Assembly: GCA_043812515.1 (NCBI GenBank)
Contig: JBDRMC010000004.1
Span: 724 to 64,723, forward strand
From: Patescibacteria group bacterium
GTDB taxonomy: Bacteria; Patescibacteriota; Minisyncoccia; UBA10092
Direction of reading: 5' to 3'
DNA: 64,000 bases
Position 1 is the stretch's first letter. Every line of letters starts with the position of its first letter. The position numbers and the translations under genes are program-made. Shown one piece after another: positions 24,938 through 32,029 of this stretch. The notes beneath the pieces were generated by a model. It searched no databases. It was not told where the DNA came from and saw only the letters and a list, made by a program, of their open reading frames with translations.

Positions 24938-25352
24938 AAGCCCGGAAATCAAACAACTGATTGCGGACATGGTCGCGACAATGTTGGAAATTAACGGGGT
25001 TGGCTTGGCCGCTCCCCAGGTCGGAGTGTCTTGCCGTATTTTTACCGCCAATGTTGAAAATAAGATTTTTGTTTTCATAAATCCTGAAATTAAAGATTTA
25101 TCCGCTGATAAAATTCCTTTTGAAGAAGGATGCCTTTCGGTGCAAAAAGTATGGGGACAGGTTGTCCGGCCAAAAAAAATAACCGTTAAAGCGTTAAACG
25201 AAAACGGCAAACCGTTCAAAATTCGCGCCAAGGGTCTTTTGGCGCGCGTTATCCAGCATGAAATGGACCATCTCAACGGCGCGCTTTTTATAGACAAAGC
25301 GGAAAAATTATTTACTGTTGAAAAAACCGGAGGAAAGGAAATAAAAATATGA
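24861..25352 (+). CDS. def: peptide deformylase
   Basis: GVGLAAPQVG, EGCLS and QHEMDHLNG motifs. Confidence 0.95.
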   Translation: MPKILKILQEKNPILRKKAEPVKNPESPEIKQLIADMVATMLEINGVGLAAPQVGVSCRIFTANVENKIFVFINPEIKDLSADKIPFEEGCLSVQKVWGQVVRPKKITVKALNENGKPFKIRAKGLLARVIQHEMDHLNGALFIDKAEKLFTVEKTGGKEIKI

Positions 25353-26176
25353 AAATTGTTTTTATGGGGACTCCGGAATTCTCGGTTACCATTCTGGAGG
25401 CGTTGCTCGATAGTAATTATGAAATCGTGGCAGTAATTACCAACCCCGACGCGCCGGTAGGCCGCAAACAAATTCTCACTCCGTCTCCGGTAAAAATTTT
25501 AGCGGAAAAAAATAAAATTCCCGTTATTCAACCGGAAAAAATGCGGGACAATATTGATTTGGCGATTGTCGCCGCTTACGGAAAAATAATTCCTAAAAAT
25601 ATTCTGGATGTTCCCCGTTTTGGGACAATCAATGTCCATCCGTCGTTTCTGCCAAAATATCGCGGCGCCTCTCCGATACAAAATGCCATTCTTAACGGAG
25701 ATAAAAAAACGGGCGTGACGATTATGAAATTGGATGAAGAAATGGACCACGGACCAATATTGGCCAATAGCGAATTGCTGATAGCCAACAGTGATACTTA
25801 CGAGAGTTTAAGCCAAAAATTGGCAATAGCGGGGGCGGAACTTTTAATAAAAACTATTCCGGATTATGTTTCCGGAAAAATAAAACCCGTCGAACAAAAA
25901 CATTCCGAAGCGACATATACCAAAATCATAAAAAAAGAAGACGGGAAAATCAATTGGTCAAAAAGCGCGTCGGAAACTGAAAGAATGATTCGAGCATTTT
26001 ATCCCTGGCCAACTGCGTGGACTATCTGGGATGGTAAGATTCTAAAAATTTTAGAAGCGAAAATTCGCAATGGCAGTTTGGAAATTAAAAAATTACAGCT
26101 TGAAGGCGGAAAAATATTACCCATTAAAGAATTTCTAAACGGCCATAAAGATTTTAATGCGGCTTGCTTAAAATAA
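25349..26176 (+). CDS. fmt: methionyl-tRNA formyltransferase (short form)
   Basis: MKIVFMGTPEFS..., HPSFLPKYRGASPIQNAI and the 4-nt overlap with def. 275 aa. Confidence 0.9.
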   Translation: MKIVFMGTPEFSVTILEALLDSNYEIVAVITNPDAPVGRKQILTPSPVKILAEKNKIPVIQPEKMRDNIDLAIVAAYGKIIPKNILDVPRFGTINVHPSFLPKYRGASPIQNAILNGDKKTGVTIMKLDEEMDHGPILANSELLIANSDTYESLSQKLAIAGAELLIKTIPDYVSGKIKPVEQKHSEATYTKIIKKEDGKINWSKSASETERMIRAFYPWPTAWTIWDGKILKILEAKIRNGSLEIKKLQLEGGKILPIKEFLNGHKDFNAACLK

Positions 26177-27029
26177 AATCCAAGAATTTTTCCGCAAAAG
26201 TTTCTCCCGGTTTTTTATGGCCGGTTTTTTTTCTGATTTCTCTGATGTAAAACCCTGTTTCCGACTCCCCTGTTTCAACAAGTTTGGCGGAATTATTGAA
26301 TTCAAACCATTCCTGATGAAACACCGGCGGCTTGATAACGATATCGGCTGATTCTTTCAAAACATTTTTTGCAAGTTGATATTCAAGCACCGAAAGCGAT
26401 TGCATGATGAAGGAGTACATATCTTTGATGTTGAACATTTCTTTCGGTTGTTCAAGCCAGCGGCTGGAAACGTCAACGGCCACGACGAATTCCGCTCCTA
26501 ATTCTTTAACGGCGTCGGCTGGCACAGGATTGACCAATCCGCCATCCATCAACAATTTGCCGTCAACCTCAACCGGGCTGAAAATTATTGGAATGGCAAT
26601 ACTGGCTCTTATGGCGTCAACCAAGTTTCCGCTTTTAAGCCGGACTTCATCGCCATTTTTGACATCGGTCGCCACCGCCACAAAAGGAATCTGGCAATCT
26701 TCTATTTTTATATTGCCCAGTTCTCCTTTTAATTGTTCCGCGATATTATCTTCCCTGAAAAACGCGCCGCTTCTTTTTTTTATAATGTCGCTCAGTGAGA
26801 AGGTATTCTTTTTTCTTATATTAAACATTAATGTTTCAAGACCGCGGATATCTCTGGTCGCGGCATAATAACCGCCAACCAAGGCTCCCATGCTGGTGCC
26901 GGATATATAATCAATACCAATTCCGGCCTTTTCCAAGGCTTTTATGACTCCTATGTGGGCAATCCCTTTGGCGGCTCCTCCGCCGAGTGCTAGGCCGACT
27001 GTTTTGTTTTTTTCGATGCGCTTTTTCAT
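26154..27029 (-). CDS. patatin-like phospholipase
   Basis: GLALGGGAAKG oxyanion motif, GTSMG nucleophile elbow, DGG catalytic Asp motif. Confidence 0.85.
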   Translation of the reverse strand: MKKRIEKNKTVGLALGGGAAKGIAHIGVIKALEKAGIGIDYISGTSMGALVGGYYAATRDIRGLETLMFNIRKKNTFSLSDIIKKRSGAFFREDNIAEQLKGELGNIKIEDCQIPFVAVATDVKNGDEVRLKSGNLVDAIRASIAIPIIFSPVEVDGKLLMDGGLVNPVPADAVKELGAEFVVAVDVSSRWLEQPKEMFNIKDMYSFIMQSLSVLEYQLAKNVLKESADIVIKPPVFHQEWFEFNNSAKLVETGESETGFYIREIRKKTGHKKPGETFAEKFLDFILSKPH

Positions 27030-27072
27030 CCCTTTATTTTATGCTGATTTTATGATAAAGTAAACCGCAAAT

Positions 27073-28113
27073 ATGGGCAATTTAGTTTTATATCGCAAAT
27101 ACCGTCCTCAGGAATGGGATGAAGTTATCGGACAGGAACACGTTGTGCGGACTTTAACTAACGCGCTGAAACTTGAACGCGTCGGCCACGCGTACTTGTT
27201 CGGCGGGCCGAGAGGCACGGGGAAAACAACAATCGCCCGTCTTTTGGCGAAGTCGCTCGGTTGCGCCGACCTGGATTTGATAGAAATTGACGCCGCGTCC
27301 AACCGCGGGATTGATGAAATACGCCAGCTCCGTGAAGGAATAAAGTTCTCGCCAACAGCCGGGAAATATAAGGTCTTTATTATTGACGAAGTCCATCAGC
27401 TTACCAAAGAAGCGTTTAACGCCTTGTTAAAAACTTTGGAAGAACCGCCGGCGCATGCCATTTTTATTTTAGCGACCACGGAGGCCCATAAAGTGCCGGA
27501 AACAATTCTTTCCCGCGTCCAGCAATTCGCTTTCAGAAGATTGTCGGTGGCGGAAATAATCAAGAAACTTCAACTGATAGTTTCCGCGGAAAAAATTAAA
27601 ATCAATGATGGCGCTCTGCGACTGATTGCCAATTACGCCGGGGGCAGTTATCGCGACGGCGAATCGATGCTGGAACAATTGAGGGTTTGGGATGACAAAA
27701 TGATAGAAGAAACCGACATTGAGGAGCTTTTGGGAGCGGTGGATTTTGAAAAGGTAAAAATAATGACGGATTATTTGGGCGGAGCCGACGCCAAAGGCGC
27801 GATTGATTATGTCGGAACTCTGACGGAAAAAGGAACCGATTTGGAAATGTTCGCCAAAGCGCTGGTGAGCCATTTGCGGAAAATAATGCTGGTAAAAGTT
27901 GACAGTTCTTTGGTTAATTTGATGGCGCAAGAATTAACCGCCGACCAGATGGAAATCGTAAAAAAGCAGGCAGAAATTTTTTCCCTGAACAGCGTTGCTC
28001 AGGCGGTGAAAATAATTATGACCGCCCAAAACGACATCAAACGCTCCCCCATCCCCTCCCTCCCCATCGAACTGGCAGTAGTGGAAATCATTAACAATAA
28101 AAATTCAGTGTAA
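27073..28113 (+). CDS. dnaX: DNA polymerase III gamma/tau subunit, domains I-III only
   Basis: YRKYRPQEWDEVIGQEHV..., GPRGTGKTT Walker A, IIDEVHQL Walker B, SRVQ sensor. 346 aa. Confidence 0.9.
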   Translation: MGNLVLYRKYRPQEWDEVIGQEHVVRTLTNALKLERVGHAYLFGGPRGTGKTTIARLLAKSLGCADLDLIEIDAASNRGIDEIRQLREGIKFSPTAGKYKVFIIDEVHQLTKEAFNALLKTLEEPPAHAIFILATTEAHKVPETILSRVQQFAFRRLSVAEIIKKLQLIVSAEKIKINDGALRLIANYAGGSYRDGESMLEQLRVWDDKMIEETDIEELLGAVDFEKVKIMTDYLGGADAKGAIDYVGTLTEKGTDLEMFAKALVSHLRKIMLVKVDSSLVNLMAQELTADQMEIVKKQAEIFSLNSVAQAVKIIMTAQNDIKRSPIPSLPIELAVVEIINNKNSV

Positions 28114-28123
28114 TAGGTATTTG

Positions 28124-28173
28124 TAAATATTCGGGGATCGCCTGCCTGCGCAGGCAGGTCTAATGGTAGGACA
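28124..28173 (+). pseudogene. duplicated 5' portion of tRNA-Gln (7 nt flank + positions 1-25) split by an 18-bp palindrome
   Basis: 28124-28140 is identical to 28437-28453, and 28159-28173 is identical to 28454-28468. The copy diverges after GGACA. Confidence 0.85.
28141..28158. repeat. perfect 18-bp G+C-rich palindrome CCTGCCTGCGCAGGCAGG
   Basis: Self-complementary over all 18 nt, 14 of 18 G/C. Inserted between tRNA positions 10 and 11 of the partial copy. Confidence 0.9.
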
Positions 28174-28181
28174 ATAAAATT

Positions 28182-28439
28182 ATGAAATGGTGCGTATATT
28201 TTCTAAGAAGTCTAACAAAAGATAATTGGATATATGTCGGAAGCACTAATAACTCGGAAAAAAGATTGCAAGAGCATAATTCTGGAAAAGTTTTAGCAAC
28301 AAAGGCCTATTCTCCATATTTGATAATTTATGTAGAATACTTTGATAACGAACATGACGCGCGACAAAGAGAAAGATATTTTAAATGTTGGAAAGGTAGA
28401 ATTGAAAAGAAGGAGATATTGAGGCGTATTTTGAAATAA
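28182..28439 (+). CDS. small stand-alone GIY-YIG nuclease-domain protein (85 aa)
   Basis: WCVYFLRS...WIYVGSTNNSEKRLQEHNSG...YLIIYVEYFDNEHDARQRERYFK matches the GIY / YVG / R / E / N core of the GIY-YIG fold. The stop codon lies 4 nt before tRNA-Gln. Confidence 0.8.
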   Translation: MKWCVYFLRSLTKDNWIYVGSTNNSEKRLQEHNSGKVLATKAYSPYLIIYVEYFDNEHDARQRERYFKCWKGRIEKKEILRRILK

Positions 28440-28443
28440 ATAT

Positions 28444-28514
28444 TCGGGGATCGTCTAATGGTAGGACAGTGGCCTTTGAAGCCATTAATTGGGGTCCGAA
28501 TCCCTGTCCCCGAG
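28444..28514 (+). tRNA. tRNA-Gln (anticodon UUG)
   Basis: Acceptor TCGGGGA/TCCCCGA (U1-A72), discriminator G, anticodon stem GTGGC/GCCAT, loop CTTTGAA, T arm TGGGG-TCCGAAT-CCCTG. Confidence 0.9.
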
Positions 28515-28568
28515 CTGGCATATGCTAATTCAGATAATTGAAATAATCAGTGTTAGAATGGATAAAAA

Positions 28569-29288
28569 ATGAAATATCTCGTTTTTATAATTCCAATCCT
28601 ATTTTTAGCTTTAGTATTAAATTCAGCATATTCAATGACAACAATAATTTATTTTAATGACATACAGAAGATAATTGATATTAATAATATGAGTTATTTT
28701 TCTATTACAAAAACAGAAGGCGCATATTTAAGTATCGACCCCAATGTAATACCATCAATTGGAACAGAAAATATTATATTATCTCTCTTTCTCAGAAAAC
28801 GTGAAAATGCAAAAGATATATCTGAATTTCTAATCTATCCAGTTGGTAGAATTTCTAAAGAAGCGGAAGCTATAGGATTAATAGTTTCTACTAAAACAAA
28901 GGAGAATGATCATGTAGATATTTCTCTCCCAAAAAATTTTTTCGATAAAGTAAAAAATCCATCAGGTTTATTTATTAGAACAACTCAAAATAGCACATTT
29001 CTTTTTCAAGGCATAGACTCAGCTGGAGTAGTGGGTGACCCCAGTTTAACAATAGTAGGAGAAGAATTTGAAAATAAAAATATAGAAGAAAAACAAACTG
29101 TATTGACTCCAAGTGATTATGCAGTGAATATAAAAATACTAGAAAACATCGAAAAAACAGCTAAGAATAGTGAAAAAATATTAGAAAATACCAAGAAAAA
29201 ATTCTACGAAAATCCGTTTATTACATTTATTTTAGGAATTTTTGCTAGCCTAGTAGCTGCCACCATTTATAAGTTTTTTCCTAAATAA
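28569..29288 (+). CDS. hypothetical protein, very AT-rich, N-terminal signal/TM and C-terminal TM anchor
   Basis: 239 aa. LVFIIPILFLALVLNSAYS at the N-terminus and FITFILGIFASLVAATIYKFF at the C-terminus. Composition is far below window average. Confidence 0.65.
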   Translation: MKYLVFIIPILFLALVLNSAYSMTTIIYFNDIQKIIDINNMSYFSITKTEGAYLSIDPNVIPSIGTENIILSLFLRKRENAKDISEFLIYPVGRISKEAEAIGLIVSTKTKENDHVDISLPKNFFDKVKNPSGLFIRTTQNSTFLFQGIDSAGVVGDPSLTIVGEEFENKNIEEKQTVLTPSDYAVNIKILENIEKTAKNSEKILENTKKKFYENPFITFILGIFASLVAATIYKFFPK

Positions 29289-29369
29289 ATTATCTAACCT
29301 AAACACCTCAATTTGATATACTAAAATAGAGAAATTTAGTTTTTATAATTAATAAAATAATTGTTTTTC

Positions 29370-29401
29370 ACGCAAAAGTTTCCTATAGGAAGTTTTTGCG
29401 T
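29370..29401. repeat. 32-nt near-perfect palindrome, copy B (copy A at 1724-1755)
   Basis: ACGCAAAAGTTTCCTA|TAGGAAGTTTTTGCGT. Confidence 0.8.
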
Positions 29402-29523
29402 TAGCTTTTATGAATAAAAAGCGACGACATATTTTTTTATCCAGCACGCGGATACATCATAAGATAAAAACTGGGTAGGCCAGAGACCGATTCCCCCCTG
29501 AAAATAGAGCCGAATGTATAGAT

Positions 29524-29553
29524 TTGACGAAAACTTGTATAGATTTATATAAT
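29524..29553 (+). promoter_or_regulatory. candidate promoter TTGACG-18 nt-TATAAT with flanking 11-nt direct repeats
   Basis: TTGACG 29524-29529, TATAAT 29548-29553, ATG 8 nt downstream. TGTATAGATTT occurs at 29515-29525 and 29536-29546. Confidence 0.55.
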
Positions 29554-29561
29554 TCAAAAAT

Positions 29562-29852
29562 ATGATTATAGAATTAAAAAAATTTGGCACTACTCTTATT
29601 TCCCGGCAAGCGGGACGGGAAGCTTATTCCGCTCTCCAGCCTCTTTTAAGAGATGTGACGGGCGAAGAAGATATCGAAATTGATTTCGAGGGCGTTTTAA
29701 CTTTCTCGCCGTCTTGGGGAGACGAGGTTCTTTCTCCCCTGTTAAATGACTATGGAGAAAGATTGGCGCTAAAAAACACTAATAATCCTTCCGTTCAGGC
29801 TACAATAGAGATATTGGAAAAAATTACAGGAAAGAAATTCAATGTAATATGA
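29562..29852 (+). CDS. STAS-like small protein (DUF4325-like)
   Basis: 96 aa. IELKKFGTTLISRQAGREAY...DIEIDFEGVLTFSPSWGDEVLSPL resembles the STAS-like DUF4325 pattern (from memory, unverified). ATGA overlap with xth. Confidence 0.55.
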   Translation: MIIELKKFGTTLISRQAGREAYSALQPLLRDVTGEEDIEIDFEGVLTFSPSWGDEVLSPLLNDYGERLALKNTNNPSVQATIEILEKITGKKFNVI

Positions 29853-30616
29853 AAATATTTACATGGAATGTGAATGGGATACGGTCAATATTTAAGACCA
29901 CTTTTCGCGATTGGTTGAAGGCCAACAAGCCCGACATTGTTTGCTTGCAAGAAATAAAGGCGGATTTTAAAGAATTATCCGAAGAATACACGCAAATTGA
30001 CGGTTATTACGCGTATTTTAATTCTTCTTTCCTAAAGAAAGGACATTCCGGAACGGCAGTTTATACTAAAATAAAGCCTATTTCGGTGGAAACGAAATTA
30101 GGAATAAAACGATTTGATAATGAAGGGCGCTGTCTTAAATTAGTATTTAAAGATTTTATTCTGTTTAATTTTTATATCCCAAATGGAAGCAGGGACAAGC
30201 GCGACATGCCATATAAGTTGGGGGTCTATGAAAAGCTTTTTCCGATTTTTAAAGCGCTGGCAAATAAAAAAGTTATTCTTATAGGAGATTTTAATATTGC
30301 CCATACGGAATTGGATGTTTTCAACGCGAAACAGAATCAGAACAACACGATGTTTACTCCCAAGGAGCGGGAACAAATCTCTAAACTTATAAGCTTGGGT
30401 TATACCGATACTTTCAGAAGTAAATATCCAGAGAAAAAATCATATACTTGGTGGCCTTATTGGAGAAATTTGCGAGCGCGCGACATTGGCTGGAGAATAG
30501 ATTATTGTTTTATTACTAAGCCACTTAAATCTCTTATTAAAGACATCTTCACTCAAAAAGAAATTCTCGGGTCGGACCATTGCCCTTTGGGAATAATTTT
30601 TAATAAAATAGCATGA
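29849..30616 (+). CDS. xth: exodeoxyribonuclease III
   Basis: MKIFTWNVNGIRS, CLQEIK, GDFNIAH and SDHCPL motifs of the EEP AP-endonuclease family. Confidence 0.9.
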   Translation: MKIFTWNVNGIRSIFKTTFRDWLKANKPDIVCLQEIKADFKELSEEYTQIDGYYAYFNSSFLKKGHSGTAVYTKIKPISVETKLGIKRFDNEGRCLKLVFKDFILFNFYIPNGSRDKRDMPYKLGVYEKLFPIFKALANKKVILIGDFNIAHTELDVFNAKQNQNNTMFTPKEREQISKLISLGYTDTFRSKYPEKKSYTWWPYWRNLRARDIGWRIDYCFITKPLKSLIKDIFTQKEILGSDHCPLGIIFNKIA

Positions 30617-31971
30617 TGAAATTGTATTTTCACGGCGCCGCCAGAGCAGTTACGGGAGCAAACTATCTTTTGGAGATTGGCGATGGAAAGAAAAAAACGA
30701 AAATTCTGATTGACTGCGGGTTGTCGCAGGGCAGCAGGATGGCCGAGAAAGAAAATTATGAAAATTTTCCTTACGACCCCAAAGAAATTCAGGCGCTTTT
30801 GATAACTCACGCCCATATCGATCACACCGGCCGGATACCCAAAATTTACCGTGACGGTTTTCGCGGCAAGATTTTTGGAACGCCGCCGACTCTGGATTTT
30901 GCCAAATTGCTTCTGCTTGATTCCGAGCACATCATCAAATATGAGGCGGAAAAGCAAAATATCAAACCGCTGTATGCACTTGAGGACGTTGAAGCCGTCA
31001 GCGAACTGTTTGAAAAAATTGATTATCACAAGGAATTTGAGATTGGCCCGGGAATTACCGCCGAATTTCTGGATGCCGGCCATATTCTCGGTTCATCTAT
31101 TATAAGAATTAAGGCTGAAGGAAAGACTATTATTTTTTCCGGAGACTTGGGCAATCCGCCCACTCCGCTTTTGGCGCCAACGGAATTTGTCGACCGCGCG
31201 GATTATGTAGTAATAGAATCGGCTTACGGCGACCGCCTGCACGAAGATCGCAAAAGAAGAAAGAAAATTTTGGAGGAAGCGATTGAATACACGATTGGCA
31301 AGGGCGGGACAATAATGATTCCCGCTTTCGCCATGGAGCGCACCCAGGAGTTGCTTTATGAATTGAATAACCTGGTGGAAAACAAACTTATTCCGGCCGT
31401 TCCGATATTTTTGGATAGTCCCCTGGCTATAAAAGCCACGGCGATTTATAAAAAATATCCGGAATATTACGGTAAGGAAGCAAAACACTTGAGCGCGTCA
31501 GATGAAATTTTTGATTTTCCCAATTTGAAATTTACGCTTTCAACCGAAGAGTCCAAAAAAATTAATGATGTACCGGCGCCAAAAATAATAATTGCCGGCT
31601 CCGGTATGTCAACGGCCGGCCGCATTTTGCACCACGAACGGCGGTATCTCTCCGACCCCAACAGCACATTGCTTATAATCGGCTACCAAACAAGTGGCTC
31701 TTTAGGTCGTCGGATTCTTGACGGCGAAAAAGAAGTGAGAATTATGGACGAAAATATTTCCGTGAGATGCAATGTCAAAGCAATCGGCGGCTATTCGGCT
31801 CATGCCGACCAGGCGGGTTTGAAAAATTGGATTAGCCGGATTGGCCGGCTGAAAAAAGTTTTTGTGGTTCAGGGCGAAGAAGCGGCGGAAATAGCTTTGC
31901 AGAAGGTTATCAAAGAAGAATTGGCGATTGATGCTGAAGCGCCAAAAATGGGAGATATGTTTGAGCTTTAA
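30613..31971 (+). CDS. MBL-fold beta-CASP ribonuclease-like hydrolase
   Basis: HAHIDHTGRIP (HxHxDH), DAGHILGS, ESAYGDR and GGYSAHADQ (beta-CASP motifs). 4-nt overlap with xth. Confidence 0.8.
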   Translation: MMKLYFHGAARAVTGANYLLEIGDGKKKTKILIDCGLSQGSRMAEKENYENFPYDPKEIQALLITHAHIDHTGRIPKIYRDGFRGKIFGTPPTLDFAKLLLLDSEHIIKYEAEKQNIKPLYALEDVEAVSELFEKIDYHKEFEIGPGITAEFLDAGHILGSSIIRIKAEGKTIIFSGDLGNPPTPLLAPTEFVDRADYVVIESAYGDRLHEDRKRRKKILEEAIEYTIGKGGTIMIPAFAMERTQELLYELNNLVENKLIPAVPIFLDSPLAIKATAIYKKYPEYYGKEAKHLSASDEIFDFPNLKFTLSTEESKKINDVPAPKIIIAGSGMSTAGRILHHERRYLSDPNSTLLIIGYQTSGSLGRRILDGEKEVRIMDENISVRCNVKAIGGYSAHADQAGLKNWISRIGRLKKVFVVQGEEAAEIALQKVIKEELAIDAEAPKMGDMFEL

Positions 31972-31980
31972 ATAAAAAGC

Positions 31981-32001
31981 GAGCGCCCCATTGGGGCGCT
32001 C
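31981..32001. terminator. bidirectional rho-independent terminator
   Basis: GAGCGCCCC-ATT-GGGGCGCTC flanked by AAAAAG upstream and TTTGATGTT downstream. Sits between convergent genes. Confidence 0.7.
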
Positions 32002-32029
32002 TTTGATGTTGCAAAAAGAAACAAAAAAC

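Larger units (their letters stand above)
28124..28514 (+). mobile_element. candidate GIY-YIG cassette inserted at tRNA-Gln (32-nt direct repeat flanks)
   Basis: Direct repeats bracket 263 nt that are almost entirely the GIY-YIG ORF. No recombinase is present in the cassette. Confidence 0.45.

Noticed and set aside
24848-25471. 207-aa minus-strand ORF.
   Set aside because: It is antisense to def and the start of fmt, which carry unambiguous catalytic motifs. It is therefore a shadow ORF.
27469-27930. Long antisense ORFs inside housekeeping genes: 27469..27930, 30553..31083, 26404..26868, 45334..45744 and 40926..41348.
   Set aside because: Each lies opposite a gene with clear family motifs. 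All are shadow frames without start signals.
27960-27966. In-phase A AAA AAG slippery heptamer in dnaX (GTA AAA AAG), the same heptamer E. coli uses for the -1 frameshift that makes gamma.
   Set aside because: The -1 frame stays open until TAA 28092-28094, only 7 codons short of the normal stop. No truncated gamma-like product would therefore result. The nearest downstream hairpin (about 27985-28002) is weak and 19 nt away. AAAAAAG is expected by chance in Lys-rich AT-rich genes.
29408-29590. 60-aa minus-strand ORF.
   Set aside because: It covers the promoter and direct-repeat region of the STAS-like gene, is AT-rich and low-complexity, and has no start signals.
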